DNA of 63,994 bases, filler included, from Octopus bimaculoides (lineage: Eukaryota): NCBI RefSeq assembly GCF_001194135.2. It is 7 parts of 6 records of this genome, joined end to end, with 100 filler letters (N's around TTAATTAATTAA, not from the genome) between each part and the next. Parts side by side here need not be neighbours in the genome. Positions count along the whole stretch, not along the records: positions 1 to 19,644 come from NC_068983.1; positions 19,745 to 42,967 come from NC_068995.1; 5 more parts are not named here. The stretch is one strand, 5' to 3'. This document shows positions 13,718-25,875 of the stretch, one piece after another. Positions within the stretch are counted from its first letter, which is position 1, and every line of letters begins with the position of its first letter. The notes beneath the pieces are model-generated. The model made no database searches. It was not told the DNA's origin and worked only from the letters and a program-made list of their open reading frames with translations. Position numbers and translations under genes: made by a program.

Positions 13718-14313
13718 GCTTGTCTTCAATATCGCCCAATATTGGCCGCATTCTAATTCTGTATAATTTAGTATTAATCTGAATATTCTTGGAGATCTGA
13801 AGATTAAGACGTCAATAGAGCTCTGTTCTATTTCTTCGAAAACATCGAACCAATTCTATGAACACCATTGACAATTCTGTCAACAAAAACCTTAATTTAT
13901 TTCTGTTGTTTTTTTTTTCGTCATTTCATATTGATTATTCGTATTGACACTCACTTTCATATATTACACTCGCTGTCACCTAACTCAAATATGTACATAT
14001 GTATATGCATATACACATATTACATATGCATATATATATATATATATANNNNNNNNNNNNNNNNNNNNNNNNNNNNNNNNNNNNNNNNNNNNNNNNNNNN
14101 NNNNNNNNNNNNNNNNNNNNNNNNNNNNNNNNNNNNNNNNNNNNNNNNNNNNNNNNNNNNNNNNNNNNNNNNNNNNNNNNNNNNNNNNNNNNNNNNNNNN
14201 NNNNNNNNNNNNNNNNNNNNNNNNNNNNNNNNNNNNNNNNNNNNNNNNNNNNNNNNNNNNNNNNNNNNNNNNNNNNNNNNNNNNNNNNNNNNNNNNNNNN
14301 NNNNNNNNNNNNN

Positions 14314-14348
<35 letters not shown>

Positions 14349-14387
14349 ACATATATAATATATATATACGCGCGGACACACACACAC

Positions 14388-14420
<33 letters not shown>

Positions 14421-14758
14421 TATATTGTTTATGTGTCACACACACAATATGGCTTATTTGTTCTTTCAACTAATCTGGATTTATGTTCCTTCTTTGGAAA
14501 TGGCATTTTCAAGCATGATTCTGTTCAGTTTTGATTTTGTCTTGAGTATATTTATCTGTTGATCTTTGGACGACAACATATCGATCTAATTATTTTTCTT
14601 TCTAACTATTTGCCTGTCTTTCTCTGCTTGTTTGAAACCCTTTGATATATAGATGCGTATATATACATGCTTGTATATATACAAGACGTCATGATTAATC
14701 GCTGACCAAACACCATTCAATTTTTTTCTCCGTGTTTTTCTCCTTGTTTTCTCTGTAT

Positions 14759-14795
14759 TCTTTCTGTTGAAGAGCGTAGCTCGAAACGTTAAAGA
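14759..14795 (+). ncRNA. Minimal type-I hammerhead ribozyme-like motif (A6U variant)
   Basis: UCUUU-CUGUUGA-A-GAGC gua GCUC-GAAA-CGUU-AAAGA: 5-bp stem I, 4-bp stem II, palindromic AACGUU stem III. Confidence 0.5.
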
Positions 14796-15152
14796 CTTTC
14801 TGTACTCCCGAGCGTCAAACTAATACATCCTTTTGTTGTTTACACCACCTGTCCTCGTCTGTTTTTTTCGTACATTGTCCCACTTGTATATATATATATA
14901 TATATACATACATACACATACACATACATACACATACACTCAAAATGTAACCACATGTGAATTGTTGGCGATTTTTTCCTCCGTCTTAGTTTTCTCCTGG
15001 ACATTCCTCTGTCTCCTGTTTATGAAGAAGTACTTTACTCGAAACGTAAGACTACCTTTTTTCCCTTCACTCAGCGTCTGTTAATACTCTGCATGTACCA
15101 CGTCCTCACGTTGTTGTTTTTTCTTCTTGTGTTTTTTCTTTGTTGTTTTTCT

Positions 15153-15197
<45 letters not shown>

Positions 15198-16301
15198 TGG
15201 ATGTGTATGTTTGTCCATCTTTGTATGTATATATATGTGTATGTTTTGTATATATATATGTATTTTGATATATGTACATATTTCTTTTATAGTTTCATTG
15301 CTCTCTATAATATGATTCACTACTAAATATATTTATTTAAATAATAGTCAATACACTGAAATATGCAAATATCAGTACGGATAGATATGAGAGAAAATTA
15401 TACAGAAAGAAAGCGAGAATTTTATTNNNNNNNNNNNNNNNNNNNNNNNNNNNNNNNNNNNNNNNNNNNNNNNNNNNNNNNNNNNNNNNNNNNNNNNNNN
15501 NNNNNNNNNNNNNNNNNNNNNNNNNNNNNNNNNNNNNNNNNNNNNNNNNNNNNNNNNNNNNNNNNNNNNNNNNNNNNNNNNNNNNNNNNNNNNNNNNNNN
15601 NNNNNNNNNNNNNNNNNNNNNNNNNNNNNNNNNNNNNNNNNNNNNNNNNNNNNNNNNNNNNNNNNNNNNNNNNNNNNNNNNNNNNNNNNNNNNNNNNNNN
15701 NNNNNNNNNNNNNNNNNNNNNNNNNNNNNNNNNNNNNNNNNNNNNNNNNNNNNNNNNNNNNNNNNNNNNNNNNNNNNNNNNNNNNNNNNNNNNNNNNNNN
15801 NNNNNNNNNNNNNNNNNNNNNNNNNNNNNNNNNNNNNNNNNNNNNNNNNNNNNNNNNNNNNNNNNNNNNNNNNNNNNNNNNNNNNNNNNNNNNNNNNNNN
15901 NNNNNNNNNNNNNNNNNNNNNNNNNNNNNNNNNNNNNNNNNNNNNNNNNNNNNNNNNNNNNNNNNNNNNNNNNNNNNNNNNNNNNNNNNNNNNNNNNNNN
16001 NNNNNNNNNNNNNNNNNNNNNNNNNNNNNNNNNNNNNNNNNNNNNNNNNNNNNNNNNNNNNNNNNNNNNNNNNNNNNNNNNNNNNNNNNNNNNNNNNNNN
16101 NNNNNNNNNNNNNNNNNNNNNNNNNNNNNNNNNNNNNNNNNNNNNNNNNNNNNNNNNNNNNNNNNNNNNNNNNNNNNNNNNNNNNNNNNNNNNNNNNNNN
16201 NNNNNNNNNNNNNNNNNNNNNNNNNNNNNNNNNNNNNNNNNNNNNNNNNNNNNNNNNNNNNNNNNNNNNNNNNNNNNNNNNNNNNNNNNNNNNNNNNNNN
16301 N

Positions 16302-18210
16302 GCCTGATCTTTCTTTCTTGGTTCGACTGCTGTCCGTGCAACATTTATATTCCTTCCTGTGCCTATTAAATCTTATGTCCCTGCCCTAAGGCTTTACTTC
16401 TACACACGCTATCTTAATTTAATTCGTTCTTAGTCGAAAGACACTTATTGTTATGTCCTGTTATTTGTATTTGTGTAACATTTCTCCGTTTTTTTTCTGC
16501 TCTTGCTTTCGTATACATTCGCTGCTTTCTTCCAAGGAATGTAATGCTCTTAGCTTATTTTTCATAGTCTGTTTTTTCTTTTTTTTTTTTGTATGCTGAG
16601 TGCTTTCCATCCAGGTCTTCTCTGAGGTAAGAGAGACCAGCCGTTTTGGGGCTGTATAAGAGACCACCAGGAAGTGAGTGCTTCTTGAGGAGCTCGTACA
16701 ATGTTGCTCATACATTGTAGCTCATTTCCTTTTTCAGCACTGCATTTATATATTTATTTTTGTTGATGTTGTTTAGCAGCTGCTGCCTGAGTGATACCAT
16801 ATGGCACTCGAAGGCTCCTACCATCATCATTTCTTCTTAGGTAGTGCCTGTCAGCATCACTGTTTTTGTGGAGGTTTCCAGCTGTTGTCAAAATTTTGCA
16901 GTTGATATCTATGGAGTAGGATTCCTCTACAGACCAATCAAATGTTGGGATCAGCACTGGTAGTGCAAATGCATTGTGGGATATTGTTTTGTTGTAAGAG
17001 GAGAGTTCCGACTGCCATATGTTCCTAAATCTGGTGTAATATTCTCGGGTCACTCTATCTTTATTCACAGTGCCTTCATATGATACATTTTTGTCTATAC
17101 CTAGATACTTATAATATTCTTTGTGTGGAATGGAGGAGATAGAGAGACGGTTGATGCATAGGTTTGGGGTTTGGGGGACTGACGTACCTCGTTCTATAAC
17201 AAAATATGAACATTTCATTTGGCCAAATTCCATGCCTATATCAGCTGAAAATGTTATTAATTGCATTTGTCTTTTGGCATTGTTAACACCTTTAGCATAA
17301 ATCTTCAGGTCGTCTACAAAGAAATTATGAGTTACATTGGTATTTTTAGCAGTCGAAGATCCAAATATGTAACCATTTGTTTTCTGCAGAAGGAATGATA
17401 ATGGATTCAGTGCCAAAATAAAAAGAAGTACAGAAAGACTATCTCCCTGGAATATTCCCTTTGAAATGCCTATACTATTAGAAAATCATTCTGTTCTCAG
17501 TTGTGAGGGTAAAAATAGTTGTCCATGTCTTAGTGAGTTTCTCTATAGTAGCAATTAAGGTAGTAGGTACCTTTGCCAGATGTAGGCACTTCAATAACCA
17601 TGAATGAAGAATAGAATCGAATACCTTCTTATAGTCAAGCCATACTGTCACAAAGTTTCTGTGTTGTTTTCCTTCTTCAGACAGTACAACGTTGCTTATT
17701 GAAATTTGCTCGGTACATCCCCACACTCTCTTCTTTCCACCAGCTTCTTCATCAGTCACAATGTTGTTCAACTCACAGTGGTCTTGGAAGAACTGGTTGA
17801 GGCAAATTGTGTACAGTTTGTACATAATGTTTAGGCAAGCAATGGGCCTGTAGTTTCCCTGCTGTCTTGGTGACTTCATTTTTGGCAACAAGATTTGTCT
17901 TTGCTGTAGCAAGCCAATGTGATATATCAGTCTGACCTTCCATAGTCCTTTTGAACATACATATCAATTGGTTTCTATAAAATGTCAGCTTCTTGTACCA
18001 ATATCCAACTATTAGGTCCCTTCCATGTGCCTTCCCATTCTACAGTTTGCCTGCTGCTATAGCGAAGGTTTCTGCATCAATTGTGTATGCTTTACTATTA
18101 GTGTAGGTATAGTATTCTTTCTCAATTGTATTTAACCATGATGCATTGAGGTTGAAATCCCTCTTTTCGTTTCAGGTTATTTTACCAAAATGATTGTAGA
18201 TCATCTTCGA
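16302..18210 (-). mobile_element. 5'-truncated R4-clade LINE, reverse transcriptase region, pseudogenised
   Basis: NYRPIACLNIMYKLYT, WLDYKKVFDSILHSWL, FQGDSLSVLLFILALNPLS, HNFFVDDLKIYA, DIGMEFGQMKC, YKYLG, LHGQ; runs into the gap ending at 16301. Confidence 0.9.
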
Positions 18211-18365
18211 ATATGTATGTATGTGAGTATGTATGTATGTATGTATGTATGTATTTATCTACGTACGTATGTATGTGGAGGCCTAGTGGCTAGGGATGCA
18301 ATTTTCTTGTTCTAAATATTACACCTATCCGTCCGTCTGTCCGTCTGTCCGTCCGCCCGTCCGCC

Positions 18366-18488
<123 letters not shown>

Positions 18489-19499
18489 TTATTCNNNNNN
18501 NNNNNNNNNNNNNNNNNNNNNNNNNNNNNNNNNNNNNNNNNNNNNNNNNNNNNNNNNNNNNNNNNNNNNNNNNNNNNNNNNNNNNNNNNNNNNNNNNNNN
18601 NNNNNNNNNNNNNNNNNNNNNNNNNNNNNNNNNNNNNNNNNNNNNNNNNNNNNNNNNNNNNNNNNNNNNNNNNNNNNNNNNNNNNNNNNNNNNNNNNNNN
18701 NNNNNNNNNNNNNNNNNNNNNNNNNNNNNNNNNNNNNNNNNNNNNNNNNNNNNNNNNNNNNNNNNNNNNNNNNNATATATATATATATATACGTACAAAC
18801 AAACACACACACATATACAGACATGCGTGTGTGCGCTCGCGAATACGTATGACTGTGATTATGTGGTGTGTATATGTGTAGGTTTGTTTATCAGTGTGTG
18901 CGCATGCGTGTGTGTTTGAAAATGAAAGTGTTGCATGTAGTACCAGAGATACAAACACACGCAAATACCCAATTAATTTCTTGTGTCTTTAAAAGATATG
19001 GTCAAAACTACAAAACAATATCAAGTGACTGACAATGGTGCATGTATTATGCAGCATCCAACTGCACACGAACGAAAACAATTGAGATGCTATCCTATTT
19101 AAAACCTCAACAGCAGATGAATAATCTAGAACCATCCATACTCCTAGACATGAATACTAGGAGACTTAGGAGACTTGCATGAACGGTTGTATGCACAAAT
19201 GACAAGCATACTTGGACCATCGGAAGCAAGTACTGACGTACGCATGGCCACATGCATATACACTTGCAGAGACGCATGTATGCATATATTTCAGTAAGAA
19301 TGCTAGCACGTGCTCACGAATGCACAGACATGCTTTGGTTTCATTGGCTGACTGAAACGACATACATACAACCACACACACTGACACAGACACCCACACA
19401 GCCATATACACACAGATACATTTATACATATATGTGTATGTGTATGCATTCATATATATATGTAATGTTTATCAAAATATGTGTATATTTTGTATATAG

Positions 19500-19530
<31 letters not shown>

Positions 19531-19607
19531 ATGTATAAGTATATGCATGTATATATATATACACACATATATATGTATAATATATAATATACATATATGT
19601 ACATATA

Positions 19608-19644
<37 letters not shown>

Positions 19645-19744
19645 NNNNNNNNNNNNNNNNNNNNNNNNNNNNNNNNNNNNNNNNNNNNTTAATTAATTAA
19701 NNNNNNNNNNNNNNNNNNNNNNNNNNNNNNNNNNNNNNNNNNNN
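19645..19744. other. Artificial scaffold join N44-TTAATTAATTAA-N44; also at 42968-43067, 50060-50159, 55063-55162, 61392-61491, 62887-62986
   Basis: Identical 100-bp cassette six times; TTAATTAATTAA gives stop codons in all six frames. Confidence 0.95.
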
Positions 19745-19794
<50 letters not shown>

Positions 19795-20329
19795 CGCGTG
19801 TGCGCTTCCGAAAATTAAATAAAGGAAAATAGTCCATCCTAGAAAACAAGTCATGGTGAATAACGGAGAGAAAACAGCAACAACTAGAGAAGCAACAAGA
19901 ACAACAGTAACAACAACAGGAACATTTGTCTAATTTTTTTGCCATCACGTCTACGGCCATGCTGTAGCATTATCTTCAGTAGTTGCAATAACAATAATCA
20001 CCAACATTGGGAATAGTTACGGAAAGCAGTTAGCCGTGATATCAGCATCATCACCGTCATCGTCATTATCACCATCATGATGCAGGGCCTGTGAATGTCC
20101 TGGATTCTGAGGTCTACCTCACTAACGAACTAATTATTGAAGATGGTTACTCAGACCCACACACACGCGCGCGCGCCCACAGACACGAGCCTTCATTCGA
20201 TATTCAGTACGATGGTAGTGAGCACATACAGACACCTTGTTGATCTTCTCACCATTGATTCATCGAAGATGTGGCTGCTGGAGGGAGGGGGAGAGAGAGA
20301 GAGAGAGAGGGAGAGGGAGAGAGAGAAAT

Positions 20330-20480
20330 GCGTGTTGCGCCACCATTCAGCTAGTGCTTATTTTCAGTTGAATAGACAAGGGCAACTTGAAAAATGTGGC
20401 TTCTTCAAGGAAGCCACGTAATCGAACCCACAACCTCATGATCAATAGCACAGCATCCTGATAACTAGGCTTTCACATGC
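20330..20480 (-). mobile_element. tRNA-derived SINE fragment
   Basis: Minus strand ..CCTAGTTATCAGG..GTGGGTTCGATTAC (A/B-box-like). Confidence 0.45.
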
Positions 20481-20668
20481 GCACACACATATGAATGGAT
20501 GTATGAATGCATGTATTTGCGTGTGTACTTATTCACGTATATATGTATGTATGCGTGTACGCAGGTATGCATATACGTCATATATGTATACGTGTATGTA
20601 TACCTGAAGCTACATTTACTTGTTTGAAAGCCTTAGTTGTGAAGGTTCTAGTCTCTCTTGTCTTAAAA

Positions 20669-20716
20669 GTAGCAGATCGGTTTCGGGAATGATTGTCCGC
20701 TCATCAGAAAAGCTAC
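20669..20716 (-). ncRNA. Degenerate hammerhead-like motif at the 3' side of a Penelope RT remnant
   Basis: Minus: GUAGC uuuu CUGAUGA G(C)GGA caaucau UCCC GAAA CCGAUC u GCUAC. Confidence 0.4.
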
Positions 20717-20789
20717 GCTCTTACCTAGTGATCTGGATTTCTATATAGCAATGAAAGAAACTTCGTCAAATACATCCTTGTTGTGCCTA

Positions 20790-22140
20790 TTTGCACACTT
20801 TACTAAATATTTAATTATACTGGGCCAGTAGTTGGGTCCTTTTTATGTGAGGGCTTTCCTCGTTTAATTTATGATGTAGCTAGTCCATGGTTATGTTCAA
20901 ATTCAAAGTTATGTTAAAATATTCATTAGATTTCAGTTCGTATTTATTGTGATCCGAAGGTCGAACTATATTGATGAGCCTCTTTCTCATTCTATCTATA
21001 TTGTGTTCATTCAAAATTATAGATTATTGTTATACTTCTGTCGTCTTATTTCTAACTTCTGTCTTTTTCCCAACGCTTATTAAATACCATGAAAACTACT
21101 CATGAAAGTATTGAAACGCTTGTTTCCATATTCCTTGATCCAAAATGAATCTTTGTAGTATAGGAACGACTTCCTTGCCCTCAAAATAGCATTGATCTCA
21201 TTGTCTATTAGGGTCATGCAGCTTTTACTGAATGCAAGGGTTTGGAGTAGCAGTGTTCTACCAAGTGATGGAAGAATAGAACTCCATATGTCAAACAACA
21301 AATCTGCAGCTGATCTTAATTTCGTTAGAGTTGAACTACCTAATGGCAGTCCTACTATAATTCTATTGCCTTAGATTGGTGAATCCTATCATTCTAGAAT
21401 TAGTAGCGTCAACTATATTTCTGCAAATAACACCTATTTCATTTTATATTGGGTTAATTGAAAATGCTTTTAGGGATCTCAATACAGTTATCTTGGTGCT
21501 CCTTGAGTAAAAGCTAAGGTCGATGTCGGTTGAGGTGCTCTGTGCGATCTACTGTTTTTAATTGTGTAGCTTAGCTTCAGTCTTGCCTTTTATTGTGTTG
21601 TCAGTACTGGTGATGCTATATGGGTCGGTGATATTGTTAAGCAAAAGTGTGTCATTTGTACTTTTAGTTTAGTCTTATCGGTCTGCATGAATAAATGAGT
21701 AGCAGTTGTAAAGGGGGGCAAATGCACTTTTAGTTCAATCAGAAAACTACACTTGTTGATTGCTGAATTTCACTGTTAGTGCGAGATTATATTTATCTCA
21801 TTCCATGTCATTTGTGTTGTGGAAGATCTCTGTTGGGCCTTTTTTCAAACCAAACTTTGTTATCAATGGATAAATCGAGGGCATCTTTATTAAGAATGTA
21901 AATAAATTTTCCGCTTCGTGCCCTGAAGTATATCCTTTGTCTTCTCAACAATTTGCTTGGTGCAGAACTTTCCCAATGGTAACACACATTTTAACAAGTG
22001 GATATTCACGTGTCTTTCTAGTTTTAATCAGCTTTACGGTATTTGTTCGTGTCCAGATCGAATAATACTCAATTTCCGCTGTTTGAATCCGTTGGCTTTA
22101 ACGATAAGGAGTTCTCTTTCTTACTCTCTATTGCCTCGGT
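20790..22140 (-). mobile_element. Penelope-like element, RT region, decayed
   Basis: FMQTDKTK..LLLNNITD, SINPI*NEIGVIC, LFDIWSSILPSL (FDI..FYPSI), INAILRARKSFLY..WIKE..RFNTFMSSFHG (FDVTMGSFDG). Confidence 0.8.
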
Positions 22141-22209
22141 TAAAAGCCGGCTTATGCAGTCAGCCGATCGTGTGTCGCATCTATCCCTTCTCATGTTAAC
22201 AAGTCTTAC

Positions 22210-22490
22210 CTCATTGTCCAGTGCGAAGTAGTCTGCAGTAAATGTGGGGCGTCCTACATGGGGAGCACCCCCAGAAAACAGCACATCCGTATAAAAGAAC
22301 ATATGCACACACACTCCAATAAAGAAATATCTAAGCAAGTGCCAAACTCAGGATTTTGACGTATCCATCAGGGCCACCCAATGCAACAGGGGCAATCTCA
22401 GAATTATGTAAGCAATCCTTTTAAACAAATGGAGACCAGCCGTTAACAAAAGGAAGGAACTACATGAAGCAGACTGATTGCTATAGCAAC
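22210..22490 (+). mobile_element. Penelope-like GIY-YIG endonuclease fragment
   Basis: IVQCEVVCSKCGASYMGSTPRKQHIRIKEH ... LRIM*AILLNKWRPAVNKRKE. Confidence 0.7.
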
Positions 22491-22569
22491 ACCAGTCAGC
22501 TCATGTCACAGTTCTCCTTCCTCCAGCATGCATCTGAGCAACGACTTTTCCAACTACCGCTTTTTCAAA

Positions 22570-22605
22570 TGTCCTGATGAAGGTGTCATAGCATCGAAAT
22601 ATAAA
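22570..22605 (+). ncRNA. Hammerhead core-like motif downstream of the GIY-YIG fragment (stem I not recoverable)
   Basis: CUGAUGA-A-GGUG ucauag CAUC-GAAA-UAUA. Confidence 0.3.
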
Positions 22606-22804
22606 AATACAAGTTAAAACTTCAAATTTGTTTTCTTTTGCTTTTCGTTTTGTTAACTGACCGTAACACTTTTCTATCTCCATTTTGAAAAGAAGTTATA
22701 TGCTCTCAGCCACTGGAGTCTGACGAACCGTGAGTATGAGGTTAAGTGCTTTATGGATGTGAAACCATTGGTCACTCTATGACCGGCCATATAATTAACT
22801 TCCA

Positions 22805-22908
<104 letters not shown>

Positions 22909-23400
22909 TTAAAGGTAAGATCCAAAGATCGAGGTGCAGGAAGTTAGTGAACTCCGTAGAAGATAGAAAAACCACTCTCAGGAACAACAGTGGTTTATTA
23001 GCGCAGAAGGTTGTGAAATTTTCCCATACTATAAGCTACAAAAAATTTATATCATAGTTCACGGTTAGCAACTGGGGTTGCTGTATATGCGAATAAACAT
23101 TAAAAAATTAGGAAATGGAGTAGATAAAATCCATGTTACATATGTTTCATAGCTAGCGGAATCTCGGAAGCAGTAACTATCCAAACGAAGGGTAGACTGC
23201 AAGCTACTCTTCAGGTCAAGTATACCTTGATTATATGAAGTGTACATTGTTGTTAAGAGATCCCGTGATAACCCGGAGGGGATTTGATCGAAATGCATAC
23301 ATATATACATATATACGTATGTATGTATGTATGTATGTATGTATGTATGTATGTATGTATGTATGTGTGTATGTATGTATGTATGTATGTATGTATGTAT

Positions 23401-24295
23401 ACGCTTGCAATCCAGGAACAGGAAATATCAACCAAGTACCTGATGCACAAAAAGGTTAGAGATGCAGGAAAAGTCGTAAAATGTAACAACCAATATAGAC
23501 TTTGTGGAGTTCACACTGAAGTTATCTCGCACATCGTAAGCAGTTGTCCGAAAATGTCATCACTGTGATGACATAACGTTGTTGCTAGGACACTCTATAA
23601 TGAAATACGTCGGAAGTATAATCCTGTGGACAAAGAAATAAAAACCCACAATATGGTTGATGTCATAGCCACTCATAATAAAAAGGAATACTGGTGGAAT
23701 GTACCAGTGAAGACCTCAATAAAGTGTAAGCACAACAGACCTGATATAAGGATTTGGGATAGAAAAGAGAAACTGTGCACGGTTGTGGAAATTAGCTGTC
23801 CGACTGATGTTAACATAAAGCTGAAGATCAGTGAAAAATAGAATAACTACGCTGAACAATTGAGAAATCTGCAGTTACTCCATCCAGATTAAAAGTTCAG
23901 GTTTATACCTGTAATTATTGGGTCCCTGGGATATGTAACACACTGCCTAAATACCAATCTTGAGAAATTAGGCTTCTCAAAACCAGAAAGGGAAAAAACT
24001 AATTCGAAGACTACAGATCCAATCCATCACTGGAACTGTAAAAATCTGTAAAACTTTCCAGAAGTTTATCATTTAAATATATATGAGCATGTTTAGATAT
24101 GTGATTATACGCATGAGAATACATACATAAAACATACAAATCTGCACATACGTACATACATACATACATATACCCTGTTGCTGATGTTGAAATTCCAATG
24201 AAGGAACCCCGGATGTAGGTTAGAAACCAGTTCTTTATCTATTGGCAAGATATCTTGAAATAAACTGAATAATGACATACATACATAAATATGTA
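23401..24295 (+). mobile_element. 5'-truncated R4-clade LINE 3' end (CCHC knuckle, RLE, 3' UTR)
   Basis: [70 protein letters not shown]; ends in short CATA repeats. Confidence 0.9.
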
Positions 24296-24519
24296 CATAC
24301 ACATATTTTATATATACAATATAATGAAAGAGCTACTAATAGTTTCATGCTGTGAAGACACGTGGCTAGGCAGGTTTTATAACGTGCCTTGTGTCTCCAA
24401 ACAATCTTCTGGCTCTGAGCACACGAGAACAATTCTTTCTTTATATTCTGTCCATCAAATATTTATCTTTCACTTGATAGAGTACTATTTTGCTGATCTT
24501 ACCTAAACAGAACAGTAAA

Positions 24520-24600
<81 letters not shown>

Positions 24601-24967
24601 TATATAGACAAGTAACAGGAGAATTCTCTGGCTCTGGAACAGGCAGGCAGAGTTGGGGTGAATGGATCTGCTAGTATTTTCGTGTATAAATGAAGCATAA
24701 CCCAAATTGTTTGACCTCGACAACAACACCTAAGAAACCTTTCTGCTAGATGTTTTAGCTCTTTCATTCGCCATTGCAGCATTGTAGCATAGTCAGAATG
24801 AGTCGATATTCGCGGGTCACCTGCATCTTTCATTGCAGAATGATCTGTAAGAAGCGCGATCAGCGTCTAAGAGGTGAAGTGTAGGGTACCGTCGAAAACA
24901 AAAGACGAACACTATACATCTGTATCAACCTCTCTCTCTCTCCCTCTCTGTATATNNNNNNNNNNNN

Positions 24968-25004
<37 letters not shown>

Positions 25005-25011
25005 CATGGAA

Positions 25012-25875
25012 AATGCAAGCAAGAGAAATATTTTTAAGATTATAAACCTGGAAAATTACAGGAAAAGTTATTACACTTGGAAAAGTTCGGGACAACTTAT
25101 TATATCTGGCTAAGTACAGAATAAGAAAATCTTTACTTAGAATATTGCAAGTAAGGATAAAATTTCATATAAAATATTTAGATTTAGAAAATATTAGCTT
25201 TTATTAAAACTAAATATTTTATTACAAGTTATTACATCTATTTGTTATTACTTGTTACTTCTATTAAAAATTTAAAAAAATATCTCCAAATATTTTTTGC
25301 ACTTTGAAAAATTTATTTCCTAATCATTAATTAATAATTAGAAATTTGAAAATAAGTTATAAAAAATAATAGCTGTATATAATTAGTTAATACAATAAAT
25401 AGAATAATACAAAAATTAGTTATTTATTACAGTAAAATCTACCTAAAACAATAAATTCACAATAAAATTTGCTTGAGTTATCGCCTAAGTTATTGTCAAG
25501 TCTTCACATATTTAATCTTGACCCAATGCCTATTTTTTTACATTATGAATTTGCCTACCATATATGCTATTCTACTTTGCAGAAAAGTTCAGCTATGTCG
25601 GTACTTCTGACTCTCATTTTTAAGTATTCTAGTGTGTCAATACTTTAACAAAATGATGGTAGCTTTTTTAATTATTATGTTACATATTAAATTAAAATCA
25701 AAAAATTTTTAGTATTCAAATGTTATCCTTAGCTGCAATATTCTAAGTAAAAATTTTCTTTGTTCTGTACTTTATCAGATCTAATAACTTGTCCTGAACT
25801 TTTCCAAGTGCAATAACTTGTCTTGTAATTTTCCAGGTTTATAATCTGAAGAATATTATTTCCTTTGCTCGCATT
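25012..25875. mobile_element. Non-autonomous TIR/foldback element (~150-bp imperfect inverted arms, AT-rich core)
   Basis: Arms 25012-25160 and 25723-25875 are reverse complements (e.g. ATTATAAACCTGGAAAATTACA, CTTGGAAAAGTTC). Confidence 0.75.

Noticed and set aside
19689-19700. TTAATTAATTAA motif recurring six times
   Set aside because: Always centred in a 100-bp N cassette; an all-frame stop linker added during scaffolding, not biological. Adjacency across these joins is uncertain.
22950-23290. Possible APE endonuclease remnant (TGVAVY)
   Set aside because: A single short motif in a stop-rich frame; insufficient.
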